Of a DNA stretch of 15,527 bases, positions 6,563 through 15,527 are shown piece by piece. The stretch comes from Methanobacteriota archaeon (GTDB lineage Archaea > Hydrothermarchaeota > Hydrothermarchaeia > Hydrothermarchaeales > JACRDW01), in NCBI GenBank assembly GCA_043820925.1, contig JBDRDL010000043.1:1-15527 (forward strand), given 5' to 3'. The notes under the pieces are model-generated. The model was not told the origin of the DNA. It did no database searches and saw nothing but the letters and a program-made list of their open reading frames with translations. Position 1 is the first letter of the stretch, and each line of letters opens with the position of its first letter. A program made the position numbers and the translations under genes.

Positions 6563-7063
6563 ATGGAAGAAAGCAAAAAAAAGGAAACTACTGCTGCGTT
6601 GAAAAAAAAGCTGGAAGAAAAAGATAAACTTGCTGAAGAGTATCTTTCCCGGCTAAAATACCTGCAGGCGGATTTCGAAAACTACAAAAAGATGGCTGCG
6701 AGAGAAAAGGAAGAGTTCGTCAAATTTGCAAGCGAGGCCTTGATAATTAAATTGATAGATGTTTACGAGAATTTGGAGAGAGCCATAAAAAATGGAAAAA
6801 AATCTGAGAACAGGGAAGCATTGCTGCAGGGTGTTGAGCTGACTTACATGCAATTAAAAGACTTGCTTGAAAGAGAGGGTCTTGCGCAAATCAAAGCTGT
6901 CGGAGAGAAATTTGATCCATTCAGGCACGAGGCACTGATGCAGGAGGCGAAGGAAAATTGCGAAGATGGTACAATACTGGAAGAATTCCAAAGAGGATAT
7001 ACCTTAAACAATAAAGTGATACGCTACTCTAAAGTAAAAGTAAATAAGAAAGAGGTGATTTGA
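6563..7063 (+). CDS. grpE: Nucleotide exchange factor GrpE
   Basis: [42 protein letters not shown] at 6554-6558; start ATG 6563 (or TTG 6560). Confidence 0.97.
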   Translation: MEESKKKETTAALKKKLEEKDKLAEEYLSRLKYLQADFENYKKMAAREKEEFVKFASEALIIKLIDVYENLERAIKNGKKSENREALLQGVELTYMQLKDLLEREGLAQIKAVGEKFDPFRHEALMQEAKENCEDGTILEEFQRGYTLNNKVIRYSKVKVNKKEVI

Positions 7064-8902
7064 ATGCCAGAAAAAATCATTGGAATAGATTTGGGTACGA
7101 GCAATTCTGCTGCAGCAGTCATGCTCGGCGGCAAGGCAACAATAATTCCCAGCGCAGAAGGTACGACTGCATACGGAAAAGCTTTCCCTTCCTATGTAGC
7201 GTTTACCAGAGAGGGGCAGATGCTCGTTGGAGAGCCTGCTCGAAGACAGGCAGTGAGCAATCCAGAAGGAACTATAATGGCTGCAAAGAGAAAGATGGGC
7301 ACAGATTACAAGTTCAGGGTTTTTGGAAAGGAATACACGCCGCAGGATATTTCTGCCTTTCTCTTGCAGAAGATAAAGAGAGACGCAGAAGCATTTCTGG
7401 GCGAGCCTGTCAAAAAGACAGTTATAACAACTCCTGCTTACTTCAATGACAACCAGAGGCAGGCGACCAAGGATGCAGGCACTATCGCCGGCTTGGAAGT
7501 CGTTCGAATTATAAACGAGCCCACCGCAGCTTCGCTTGCCTATGGCCTGGACAAAGCTGAGAAAGAGCAGAAAATCATGGTTTTCGACTTCGGCGGCGGC
7601 ACGCTTGACGTTACGATAATGGAGTTCGGGGGAGGAGTTTTCGAAGTTAAGGCTACCAGCGGGGATACGCAGCTCGGCGGCACCGACATGGACAATGCGC
7701 TGATAGAGTACATCGCAAACGAGTTCAAAAAAGACACCGGCATAGACCTGAGGAAAGACAGGACGGCTGTGCAGAGGCTCAGGGAGGCTGGTGAAAAAGC
7801 AAAGATAGAGCTGAGCACAGTGCCCACGACTGATATAAACTTGCCTTTCATAACTGCAGATGCAAGCGGGCCGAAGCATCTTACTATGACCTTGACGAGA
7901 GCCAAGCTCGAAGAAATCGTCAAGCCCATCATCGAAAGATGCGGCGGACCTATGAGGCAAGCTATTGCAGATGCAGAGCTGCAGCCGACTGAAATAGATA
8001 GAATAATTTTGGTAGGTGGACCGACGAGGATGCCGATAGTTCAGGAATACGTTAAGAGGTTCGTGGGTAAAGAGCCTGAGCGAGGCATAGACCCGATGGA
8101 GTGCGTTGCAGTGGGAGCTGCGATTCAGGGCGGCGTTCTATCTGGAGAAGTAAAAGACATTTTACTGCTTGACGTTACTCCGCTGTCGCTCGGCGTTGAA
8201 ACGCTGGGGAATATTTTTACGAGGCTCATCGAGAGAAATACGACTATACCAACTCGCAAGAGCCAGATTTTTACAACCGCAGCAGACTTCCAGACGAGCG
8301 TTGACATTCATGTCTTGCAGGGGGAAAGACCAATGGCTGCAGATAACGTTTCCCTCGGAAGATTCAGCCTTGTCGGAATTCCTCCAGCTCCACGAGGAGT
8401 CCCGCAGATAGAGGTAACCTTTGATATCGACGCAAACGGAATTCTAAACGTCTCTGCAAAGGATTTGGGTACTGGAAAGGTGCAGAAGATAACAATAACT
8501 GCTCCGCACAAGCTGTCTAAGGAAGAGATTGAGAAGAAAATAAAAGAGGCAGAGAAAGTTGCAGAGGAAGACAGAAGGCGCAGAGAAGAGGCAGAACTCA
8601 GAAATGAGGCGGATTCGTTGATATATGCTTCTGAAAAAACACTCTCAGAATTTAAAGACAAGGTGACCCCTGAGGTGAAAACAAAAGTAGAGAGCGCAGC
8701 TAAAGAGCTCAAAGATGCACTGGCAGGAAAAGACATTGCAGCGATTAAAAGCAAGGTTGAGAATCTGAGAAAGGCGGTGCAGGAAATCGGAGCTACAATA
8801 TACCAGCAGGCAGCGCAGCAAAAAGAGGCAAAGGGCGAAGAGGCGAAGAAGGGCGATAAAGTCGTGGATGCAGAGTACGAAGAGGTGGACGAGAAGAAGT
8901 GA
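7064..8902 (+). CDS. dnaK: Chaperone DnaK (Hsp70)
   Basis: [62 protein letters not shown]; lacks the ~23-aa N-terminal insert, as in archaeal/Gram-positive DnaK. Confidence 0.99.
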   Translation: MPEKIIGIDLGTSNSAAAVMLGGKATIIPSAEGTTAYGKAFPSYVAFTREGQMLVGEPARRQAVSNPEGTIMAAKRKMGTDYKFRVFGKEYTPQDISAFLLQKIKRDAEAFLGEPVKKTVITTPAYFNDNQRQATKDAGTIAGLEVVRIINEPTAASLAYGLDKAEKEQKIMVFDFGGGTLDVTIMEFGGGVFEVKATSGDTQLGGTDMDNALIEYIANEFKKDTGIDLRKDRTAVQRLREAGEKAKIELSTVPTTDINLPFITADASGPKHLTMTLTRAKLEEIVKPIIERCGGPMRQAIADAELQPTEIDRIILVGGPTRMPIVQEYVKRFVGKEPERGIDPMECVAVGAAIQGGVLSGEVKDILLLDVTPLSLGVETLGNIFTRLIERNTTIPTRKSQIFTTAADFQTSVDIHVLQGERPMAADNVSLGRFSLVGIPPAPRGVPQIEVTFDIDANGILNVSAKDLGTGKVQKITITAPHKLSKEEIEKKIKEAEKVAEEDRRRREEAELRNEADSLIYASEKTLSEFKDKVTPEVKTKVESAAKELKDALAGKDIAAIKSKVENLRKAVQEIGATIYQQAAQQKEAKGEEAKKGDKVVDAEYEEVDEKK

Positions 8903-8907
8903 ATGCC

Positions 8908-10002
8908 ATGGGAAAGCAGGATTACTACGATGTACTGGGGGTTAGTAGAACCGCCTCTAAAGACGAGATTAAAAAAGCCTACCGCAGGCTGGCAATGCAG
9001 CATCACCCAGATAGAAATAAATCTCCGGGTGCAGAGGAGAAGTTCAAAGAAATCTCGGAGGCTTATGGTGTTTTGAGCGACGACATCAAGAGGCAGCAGT
9101 ATGATACCTTCGGTTACGCAGGAATTGGCGAGCGCTATACGCAGGAAGATATATTCAGAGGCATCAATTTTGAAGACATCTTCAGGGACACGGGGTTCGG
9201 CTTTGGAGGGTTTGACAGCATTTTTGACATGTTTTTTGGAGGCAGGAGACAATACAAGAGAGCACCACGAAAGGGAGCAGATTTGGCATATGAACTTGAG
9301 ATAACTCTCGAGGAGGCAGCATTTGGCGCAAGCAAGAAGATTGAGTTCTACCGCACTGGGATTTGTAACACTTGCCATGGCACCGGAGCAAAACCGGGGA
9401 CTTCCCCAAAAACATGCCCCAGCTGCAATGGGAGCGGACAAATTTCGCAGACAAAGAGAACCCCATTCGGGCATTTTACCAGCATCACAACTTGCAGTAG
9501 GTGCAGGGGGGAAGGCAAGATAATAGAAGCTCCTTGCCAGGCTTGCAGGGGCAGGGGTACTACCCAAATTCCGAGGAGCATTTCTGTGAAAATTCCTCCC
9601 GGAGCTGAGGAAGATTCAAGGCTTAGGATAGCAGGGGAAGGAGAGGCAGGAGAGAAGGGCGCTCCACCCGGAGATTTATATGTAGTAGTGCATATTAAAC
9701 CGCACGAAGTATTCGTAAGAGAAGGAGAGGATATTCTCTGCGAAGTACCTATAACTTTCAGCCAGGCAGCGCTCGGAGACGAGATTCAAGTACCCACGCT
9801 CAACGGCAGGGCTAAAATGAAGATACCTGCTGGCACGCAGTCTGGCACAATCTTCCGCCTGAAGGGAAAAGGAATGCCGAGCTTGAGAGGCTACGGCAGG
9901 GGCGACGAGCACGTCAGAGTGGTCGTTAAAACCCCTGCGAGGTTAACAGAGGAGCAGAAAAAACTGTTCAGACAGCTCGCAAGTCTTGAGGAGAAACTAT
10001 GA
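8908..10002 (+). CDS. dnaJ: Chaperone DnaJ
   Basis: J domain with HPD, G/F region and four CxxCxGxG repeats ([32 protein letters not shown]); start placed at ATG 8908, after the dnaK stop. Confidence 0.98.
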   Translation: MGKQDYYDVLGVSRTASKDEIKKAYRRLAMQHHPDRNKSPGAEEKFKEISEAYGVLSDDIKRQQYDTFGYAGIGERYTQEDIFRGINFEDIFRDTGFGFGGFDSIFDMFFGGRRQYKRAPRKGADLAYELEITLEEAAFGASKKIEFYRTGICNTCHGTGAKPGTSPKTCPSCNGSGQISQTKRTPFGHFTSITTCSRCRGEGKIIEAPCQACRGRGTTQIPRSISVKIPPGAEEDSRLRIAGEGEAGEKGAPPGDLYVVVHIKPHEVFVREGEDILCEVPITFSQAALGDEIQVPTLNGRAKMKIPAGTQSGTIFRLKGKGMPSLRGYGRGDEHVRVVVKTPARLTEEQKKLFRQLASLEEKL

Positions 10003-10226
10003 AAAAGTTATACCTGGTTCTTTATTCTGCTATTGGTGGTGCGATTATTGCAATAGGACTTTTATTTGGAGCAGCGTATTTCCCTAGTCCAGTAAAAATA
10101 AATTCAATCTTGTATATTGGGCTGGGCTTGTTGATTACGGGATTTATAATCCTCTACTTTATTGTTATCGTATATATAGCGCAGTCTCTAATAGGAGAAA
10201 TCAAGAAAGAAAGCAAAGGACAATAA
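9999..10226 (+). CDS. Small hypothetical membrane protein (two predicted TM helices)
   Basis: 75 aa, MKK start, two ~22-27 aa hydrophobic stretches, basic C-tail; ATGA overlap with the dnaJ stop. Confidence 0.75.
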   Translation: MKKLYLVLYSAIGGAIIAIGLLFGAAYFPSPVKINSILYIGLGLLITGFIILYFIVIVYIAQSLIGEIKKESKGQ

Positions 10227-10234
10227 TATATAAA
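10227..10234 (+). promoter_or_regulatory. Possible TATA box for the TFS-like gene
   Basis: TATATAAA in the short AT-rich spacer upstream of 10292. Confidence 0.35.
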
Positions 10235-10291
10235 TTCTGACAGATGTTATAGTTAAAAACTATTAGCGTTAAAAATTCGGGGGGAAATTTC

Positions 10292-10543
10292 TTGGAGTTC
10301 TGTCCCTCATGCAAAAGCTTCATGATTCCCAAGAATACCGGAAACAAGACAGTTCTCGTGTGCAGGCGCTGCGGAACTAAAGTTGACAAGTTCAGTGCGT
10401 CAAAATACAGGATAACTGAAAGGGCCAGGCACAAGCACGGCGATATCTTGGTAGTTGAGGAAGACAAGAAAAGAAAATCAGAGGAAGAGAGAAAGTACAT
10501 CACCGACTTGTATGGTAGCGAGATGTATGAGATGGAAGAATAG
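10292..10543 (+). CDS. TFS/RpoM-family protein with only the N-terminal zinc ribbon
   Basis: [13 protein letters not shown]...LVCRRCG matches the TFS/Rpb9/C11 N-ribbon; no second CxxC pair or QTRSADE; TTG start after a G-run SD. Confidence 0.85.
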   Translation: MEFCPSCKSFMIPKNTGNKTVLVCRRCGTKVDKFSASKYRITERARHKHGDILVVEEDKKRKSEEERKYITDLYGSEMYEMEE

Positions 10544-12185
10544 CACCTTCGCTCGCTGAGCTGACTGATTTCAGATACCTCGCTAGGTAGCCTTTCTTAA
10601 TTTTGGGCATGAAAGATTTTCCGCTACGCTTCGCTAGTGCTTCAGGAGCAGCAAGCTCTATTTTTCTGCCCGGTATATCTATTTCTATAACATCGCCGTT
10701 CTCGACCAGAGCAATTGGACCTCCTTCTGCCGCCTCCGGAGAAACGTGCCCTATGCAGAGACCTCTCGTTCCGCCAGAGAATCTTCCGTCTGTTACCAAG
10801 GCAACTGAATCCAGCAGTCCCATTCCTGCAAGCGCAGAAGTCGCTTCCAGCATCTCTCGCATCCCTGGTCCTCCCTTCGGTCCTTCGCAGCGAATTATTA
10901 TAACATCGCCCCTCTTTATTTTCTTTTTCAGAATTGCCTGGTTAGCATCTTCCTCACCATCAAACACTCTAGCCTTTCCTTTGTGTACCAGCATTTTTGG
11001 AGCTACTGCACTCTGCTTCACCACAGCGCCGCCGGGAGCCAGAGAACCGTAGAGCACGGCAATGCCTCCCTCTTTATAGTAAGGATTCTGCAGAGTTCTT
11101 ATAACTTCTTTATTTTTCTTGGGGTTGATGATTCTAATTTTTTTCAGATTATCAGCTATGCTTTTTCCAGTTACAGTTAAGCAGTCCAAGTTCAGCCTTT
11201 TTCTCAGCCTTTGCATTACCGCTGGTATTCCTCCTGCTCTGTCCAAATCAAGCATGAAGTGCCTGCCGCCGGGTCTGAGACTGACTAAGTTGGGGGTAAT
11301 TCTGCCGAGCTCGTCGAAAGTTTTTAAATCAAGTTTTATTCCCAGCTCGTTTGCAACTGCGGGCAGGTGCAGCACGGTATTTGTGGAGCCGCCGATGGCC
11401 ATGTCGACCCGTATTGCATTTTCGAATGCTTTTTTTGTGAGTATCTTGCTTGCAGTTATATTTCTCCTGAGCAGTTCTACTATCTGCGCCCCTGACTTTT
11501 TTGCGATTCTGAGTTTCTTTGCATCCACAGCGTGGCAGGTTGCGCATTCTGGAAGCGACATTCCCAGAGCTTCGGTTATGCACGCCATCGTATTTGCGGT
11601 GAATAGACCTGCGCAGGAGCCGGCACCAGTACATGCAAACTCTTCAAGATTCCTGAGTTCTTCCCCTGAGATTTTCCCAGTTTTATATGCCCCAACACCC
11701 TCGAAAACAGAGACTAAATCTGCATATTCGTCTCCAACGAAGCCCGGACACATTGCGCCGCCGGTAACGAGGATGGCAGGCAAATCTAAACGTGCAGCAG
11801 CCATGAGATGCCCGGGCACTATTTTGTCGCAGGAGGATATCATGACCATGGCATCTATGCGGTGCGCCTGAATCATGAGTTCTATGGAATCAGCAATTAC
11901 TTCCCTGCTCGGCAGCGAGTACTTCATTCCCTCATGTCCCATCGCTATGCCGTCGCATATAGCAATTGTGTGGAATTCAAAGGGCGTTCCTCCAGCAGCC
12001 CTTACTCCGGCCTTCACAGCACCCGCAATCCTATCTAAATGAATATGTCCGGGAACGAATTCATTCCAGGAATTTACCACAGCGATGAAAGGCTTCTCGA
12101 TTTCTTCGTCTGTAATTCCCAGAGCTTTCAATAGACTCCTCTGCGGAGCTCTCTCTGCGCCCTTCTTAACTTCATCGCTTCTCAT
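10500..12185 (-). CDS. ilvD: Dihydroxy-acid dehydratase
   Basis: [79 protein letters not shown]. Confidence 0.98.
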   Translation of the reverse strand: MRSDEVKKGAERAPQRSLLKALGITDEEIEKPFIAVVNSWNEFVPGHIHLDRIAGAVKAGVRAAGGTPFEFHTIAICDGIAMGHEGMKYSLPSREVIADSIELMIQAHRIDAMVMISSCDKIVPGHLMAAARLDLPAILVTGGAMCPGFVGDEYADLVSVFEGVGAYKTGKISGEELRNLEEFACTGAGSCAGLFTANTMACITEALGMSLPECATCHAVDAKKLRIAKKSGAQIVELLRRNITASKILTKKAFENAIRVDMAIGGSTNTVLHLPAVANELGIKLDLKTFDELGRITPNLVSLRPGGRHFMLDLDRAGGIPAVMQRLRKRLNLDCLTVTGKSIADNLKKIRIINPKKNKEVIRTLQNPYYKEGGIAVLYGSLAPGGAVVKQSAVAPKMLVHKGKARVFDGEEDANQAILKKKIKRGDVIIIRCEGPKGGPGMREMLEATSALAGMGLLDSVALVTDGRFSGGTRGLCIGHVSPEAAEGGPIALVENGDVIEIDIPGRKIELAAPEALAKRSGKSFMPKIKKGYLARYLKSVSSASEGAILPSHTSRYHTSR

Positions 12186-12259
12186 GGGTATGAGTGATTT
12201 TCTGCATGCATATATAATTTTTGCACAAAGCTTAAATTTTAATTCACCAATGCAACTTC
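12186..12259. promoter_or_regulatory. Divergent promoter region ilvD / methyltransferase
   Basis: TATATAAT at 12211-12218 (~26 nt from the ilvD ATG on the minus strand) and CAAAG-CTTAAAT at ~12226-12237 (~25 nt from ATG 12260); spacing suggests leaderless mRNAs. Confidence 0.45.
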
Positions 12260-12808
12260 ATGGGCATACTCGTTGGCTCCAGAAAAACCAAGTTTACCTA
12301 TGATTTTCTGTATCGCATTTATGATATAATCAATCCGTACATATACACTTCCAAGATGCGGAGCGAATTGTTAAAGGAAGTTAATGGAAATCGCATTCTC
12401 GACGTAGGGGTGGGCACGGGCTATACTACAAAGAATCTCAGCAGTGCAGTCGGCATCGACTTGAATAAAAAAATGCTCCTGCGAGCAAAGGGCGAGTACA
12501 GCGGTTCTCTAGTTCTTGGAGACGCTTCAAAGCCTCCTTTCAAAAAAAACAGCTTTGATACGATAATAAGCGCAGGTTCCTTGTACTACTTCTCTTCTCC
12601 GCAAGATGTGCTGAGGCTATTTCACAGCCTTCTCAAAAAGAACGGGGTTTTACTCAGCATAACTCCGAGCTTGAGAATTCTAAAAATATTTGTGCACGTT
12701 TTCAGCAAAAAAGACCTGCAAAATCTTTACTCTAGTGCTGGTTTTAAAGTAGAAAAAATAGAAAATATGCGTGCTATCGCCTACTTCTGCAAGGCAAGGA
12801 AAATTTAG
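12260..12808 (+). CDS. Class I SAM-dependent methyltransferase (UbiE/MenG-like), substrate unknown
   Basis: ILDVGVGTG motif I, VGIDLN..ML, GDASKPPFKKNSFDTI, LLKKNGVL. Confidence 0.9.
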   Translation: MGILVGSRKTKFTYDFLYRIYDIINPYIYTSKMRSELLKEVNGNRILDVGVGTGYTTKNLSSAVGIDLNKKMLLRAKGEYSGSLVLGDASKPPFKKNSFDTIISAGSLYYFSSPQDVLRLFHSLLKKNGVLLSITPSLRILKIFVHVFSKKDLQNLYSSAGFKVEKIENMRAIAYFCKARKI

Positions 12809-12990
12809 CAGGAGCTGTGGTTGATGCATTCCTGGGGGCAGACCTCAACGCAGGAGCAGCATTCGACACAGGCATCTATATTCTCTGGCTCCGCTTTTTC
12901 ATCGTTCAGCCCCCAAACGCCTTCGGGGCAGATATCCACGCACTCTCCACAGCCATCGCAGAGCTCTTTGTCCACTTTGATTGTTACCAT
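12805..12990 (-). CDS. 2x[4Fe-4S] dicluster ferredoxin
   Basis: 61 aa from ATG 12990 with SD AGGAGGT upstream; CDGCGECVDICP and CVECCSCVEVCP motifs; acidic. Confidence 0.95.
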   Translation of the reverse strand: MVTIKVDKELCDGCGECVDICPEGVWGLNDEKAEPENIDACVECCSCVEVCPQECINHSSC

Positions 12991-13766
12991 GAGAGACCTC
13001 CTTTTATTCCCAGCACGTCCCAAGTAGAATAAACCCCTTCTTTTTTTCCATGCACGAATCTTATAGCTTTTATAGCTCCGCTGACGAAAGCCTGCCTGCT
13101 GTGCGCTCTATGCGTCAGCTCTATTCTTTCGCCGTCTCCAGCGAAAATCAGGGTGTGCTCGCCGACTATATCTCCTGCTCTAATCGAGTGAAATCTTCCT
13201 ATATTTTTCCCAGCAGCTTGGGCAATAAGTTCTCCAAGCTTGAGCGCAGTTCCTGAAGGAGCATCTTTTTTGAATTTGTGGTGCGCCTCTATAATTTCGA
13301 TGTCGCATTCCCTGCCGAGGGTTTTTGCAACTTCCTGGGCAGCCTTGAAAAATACATTAACTCCTGCAGCCATGTTCGGAGAAATAACCGCAGATATTTT
13401 GTTTTTTTCGATAGCACTTTTTATCTCGTTCATCTGCTTCTCTGTAAAGCCGGTTGTTCCAACTACCAGATTAACCCTATTCTCGGCAGCTTTTTTTACT
13501 GTTTCAACCGCCGCCGAAGCTACCGTGAAATCCACTAAAACATCTGGCTTGTTCTTCTTCAGCGCAGCATCCAGCTCGTCGCTGGTTGCTATCGCAACTC
13601 CAAGCTTTCCGATTCCCAGCACCTCCCCAATATCCTTTCCCTTCGAGGTGCTGCCCGGAGCCTCGACTGCGCATACTACCTGCATGTCTTCCTGCGCTGC
13701 GAGTGTTCTGATTATGCTGCTGCCCATCTTTCCGAGAGCTCCGGAAATAGCGACTTTGATTTTCAT
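12984..13766 (-). CDS. dapB: 4-hydroxy-tetrahydrodipicolinate reductase
   Basis: GALGKMG nucleotide-binding loop, VDFT, VVGTTG, EAHHKFKKDAPSGTA, IRAGDIVGEH, LTHRAHSRQAF. Confidence 0.98.
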   Translation of the reverse strand: MKIKVAISGALGKMGSSIIRTLAAQEDMQVVCAVEAPGSTSKGKDIGEVLGIGKLGVAIATSDELDAALKKNKPDVLVDFTVASAAVETVKKAAENRVNLVVGTTGFTEKQMNEIKSAIEKNKISAVISPNMAAGVNVFFKAAQEVAKTLGRECDIEIIEAHHKFKKDAPSGTALKLGELIAQAAGKNIGRFHSIRAGDIVGEHTLIFAGDGERIELTHRAHSRQAFVSGAIKAIRFVHGKKEGVYSTWDVLGIKGGLSW

Positions 13767-14644
13767 CTGTAGTTCTCCAGAACTTTTCTCAATTTCTTCC
13801 TGTTCTCATCGCTGGTTTCGCACATAGGTAAGCGAAAGCCTCCAGCTTTTAAGCCGAGCATGTTCATAGCTTCCTTCACAGGAATTGGATTTGTATCTAT
13901 AAAGAGCACGTCAAAAAGTGCTTTTAACCGTGCATTCTCTTTTTCCATCTCAGAGAATTTTCCTTTCAGTCCAAGCTCAGTAAATTTTACCATCAATTTT
14001 GGCAGGACGTTTGAGACTACTGAAACAATTCCTTTTGCGCCGTAGCCTTTCATAAGCGCATAGGTATCGCTGTCGTTGCCTGAGAGGATTAAAAATCTCT
14101 TGCCACATGCTTCTCTAATCTCTTTCCAGACTTTCTCGCTTCCAGAAGCCTCTTTTACTCCAACTACGTTGGAGTACTCTTCAGCCAGTCTTGCCATCGT
14201 TTGCGGCGCAATCTCTCTGCCCGTCCTGCCGGGGATATTGTACAGCATAATTGGAATATCTATGGCTTCCGCAACCGCTCCGAAGTGCCTGAATAAACCT
14301 TCCTGACTCGGCTTGTTGTAGTAAGGGCAAACTTGCAAACTCACATGCGCTCCTGCCTCTTCGGCGTCTTTTGACATTTTGACTGCTTCCCAGGTCGAGT
14401 TCGAGCCTGTGCCTGCGATTACCATTCCTTTAGAGTTTTCCACAGTAGCCTCGATTACCCTGCCGTGCTCCTCGTGCGAGAGCGTGGGTGATTCGCCTGT
14501 AGTCCCGCAGGCGACTATTCCTGCTATTTTGTTCTCGTCCTGAAACTTGAGTAGCTCTTTATACACTTCCCAGTCCACAGGAACTTTCGTTCCGCTTCCT
14601 TTGAATGGAGTTACTATTGCAGTGAAGCATCCCTCAAGACGCAT
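13763..14644 (-). CDS. dapA: 4-hydroxy-tetrahydrodipicolinate synthase
   Basis: TAIVTPF, CGTTGESPTL, PYYNKPSQEG, YNIPGRTG, catalytic Lys in GVKEASG, TNPIPVK; start ATG 14644 preferred over GTG 14653. Confidence 0.97.
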   Translation of the reverse strand: MRLEGCFTAIVTPFKGSGTKVPVDWEVYKELLKFQDENKIAGIVACGTTGESPTLSHEEHGRVIEATVENSKGMVIAGTGSNSTWEAVKMSKDAEEAGAHVSLQVCPYYNKPSQEGLFRHFGAVAEAIDIPIMLYNIPGRTGREIAPQTMARLAEEYSNVVGVKEASGSEKVWKEIREACGKRFLILSGNDSDTYALMKGYGAKGIVSVVSNVLPKLMVKFTELGLKGKFSEMEKENARLKALFDVLFIDTNPIPVKEAMNMLGLKAGGFRLPMCETSDENRKKLRKVLENYR

Positions 14645-14840
14645 TTGCAGCACCCTTCTTTCTCTTCAGCAGATGAGTAACATACCCGCTGATTCTGTTT
14701 CGCATAAACTTTCCCTCGATTTTTAAAATATCATTTAAAAACTCTCTGTTTTTCTTAAAGTCTCCAGTAAGCTCATCTCTGTATCTCCGGACTATCTCAG
14801 CTGCCGTACGTTTGATGTCCTTCTGTCTTACTCTGCCCAA
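14634..14840 (-). CDS. rps17e: 30S ribosomal protein S17e (eS17)
   Basis: MGRVRQKDIKR..DFKKN..KFMRNRISGYVT; TTG start with SD AGGTGA. Confidence 0.96.
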   Translation of the reverse strand: MGRVRQKDIKRTAAEIVRRYRDELTGDFKKNREFLNDILKIEGKFMRNRISGYVTHLLKRKKGAANAS

Positions 14841-14895
14841 TGTCTCACCTTCCTTAACTTAAACTTTATATAATATAGTCTTTCCTATTTAAACC
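14841..14895. promoter_or_regulatory. Compact divergent promoter rps17e / sppA
   Basis: 55-bp spacer with a central TTTATATAATAT (~14865-14876) readable as TATA-like on both strands. Confidence 0.45.
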
Positions 14896-15527
14896 ATGAG
14901 GAAAATTTTAATTTTGCTGTTATTGCTTATAGCATTAGTCGGAGTTTCAATACTCGGGGCGTATGTGATTACTAAACAGGACAGGGAGTTTGCATTCGGG
15001 GATAAAGTTGCGCTGATTGATATACATGGAACTATTTCAATGTCCAGCGATTCAAGCATATTCGGCGAGGTGCGTGCAACTCCTGAGAATTTTAAGAAAG
15101 CCCTAAAGCAGGCCGAGAGGGACAGCTCGGTAAAAGCCATACTTCTGGATATAAACTGCCCGGGAGGCTCTGTCGTGGCTTCGGGAGAGATTGCAGATGC
15201 CATAAAGAATTGTAAAAAGCCGACCATTGCGTGGCTGAGCGAGATAGCTGCCTCAGGAGGCTACTACGTCGCCTCTGCAGCAGATTATATAGTTGCCGAC
15301 AGAGCGACAATAACAGGCAGCATAGGAGTTATTTCCATGTTTCCAGAGTATTCGAGGCTTATGGAGAAGATAGGAGTAAATGTCAGCGTAATAAAGGCAG
15401 GCAAGTACAAGGATTTCTCCACTGGCTATAGACCTATGACAGAAGAAGAGAAGGAAATGCTTGAAAGCGTCGTTTACGAGATTTACGAGCAGTTTATTAA
15501 TGAAGTGGCTGAGAACAGAAATCTTTC
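14896..15527 (+). CDS. sppA: Signal peptide peptidase SppA (S49), cut off by the window end
   Basis: Translated by hand from ATG 14896: MRKILILLLLLIALVGVSILGAYVI (TM anchor)...KAILLDINCPGGS...AASGGYYVASAADYIVA..TITGSIGV...KAGKYKD; open to the end of the window. Confidence 0.95.
   Translation, partial: MRKILILLLLLIALVGVSILGAYVITKQDREFAFGDKVALIDIHGTISMSSDSSIFGEVRATPENFKKALKQAERDSSVKAILLDINCPGGSVVASGEIADAIKNCKKPTIAWLSEIAASGGYYVASAADYIVADRATITGSIGVISMFPEYSRLMEKIGVNVSVIKAGKYKDFSTGYRPMTEEEKEMLESVVYEIYEQFINEVAENRNL

Noticed and set aside
7004..9567. Long antisense ORFs (7004-7960, 318 aa; 8308-9567, 419 aa)
   Set aside because: Fully antisense to grpE/dnaK/dnaJ; long shadow ORFs opposite dnaK are a familiar codon-pattern artefact, and the translations are Ser/Phe-rich without motifs.
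10603..13827. Plus-strand ORFs opposite ilvD, ferredoxin and dapB (e.g. 11119-11871, 13240-13827)
   Set aside because: Shadow frames of well-supported genes with no independent evidence.

Overview
Archaeal chromosome segment; gene content and order suggest a euryarchaeote-type lineage, but the taxon cannot be fixed from sequence alone. In order: the end of the rpo/str superoperon (rpl30e-nusA-rps12-rps7-EF-2-EF-1alpha-rps10); a ~950 bp non-coding region with tRNA-Ser(GGA) and tRNA-Leu(TAA); grpE-dnaK-dnaJ plus a small membrane protein; a TFS/RpoM-like protein with only one zinc ribbon; ilvD; a SAM methyltransferase; a minus-strand rps17e-dapA-dapB-ferredoxin operon; and the 5' part of sppA, which is absent from the ORF track. 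The proteins are mostly ordinary housekeeping. The unusual signal is non-coding. (1) A structured module occurs three times with compensatory base changes and an invariant TTCTGA hairpin loop; two copies end exactly at nucleotide +1 of a tRNA and the third runs into the putative TATA box of the dnaK operon. (2) A family of REP-like palindromes with GAA/TTC triloops sits in the fusA-tuf and tuf-rps10 spacers and is nested inside module 3. (3) An 11-bp copy of the tRNA-Leu 5' end lies ~208 bp upstream of the tRNA. (4) A Phr/HSR1-like TAAC-N5-GTTA operator overlaps the putative grpE promoter. No integrase, transposase, CRISPR array or rRNA is visible. All structures were derived by eye, with no folding or database search.
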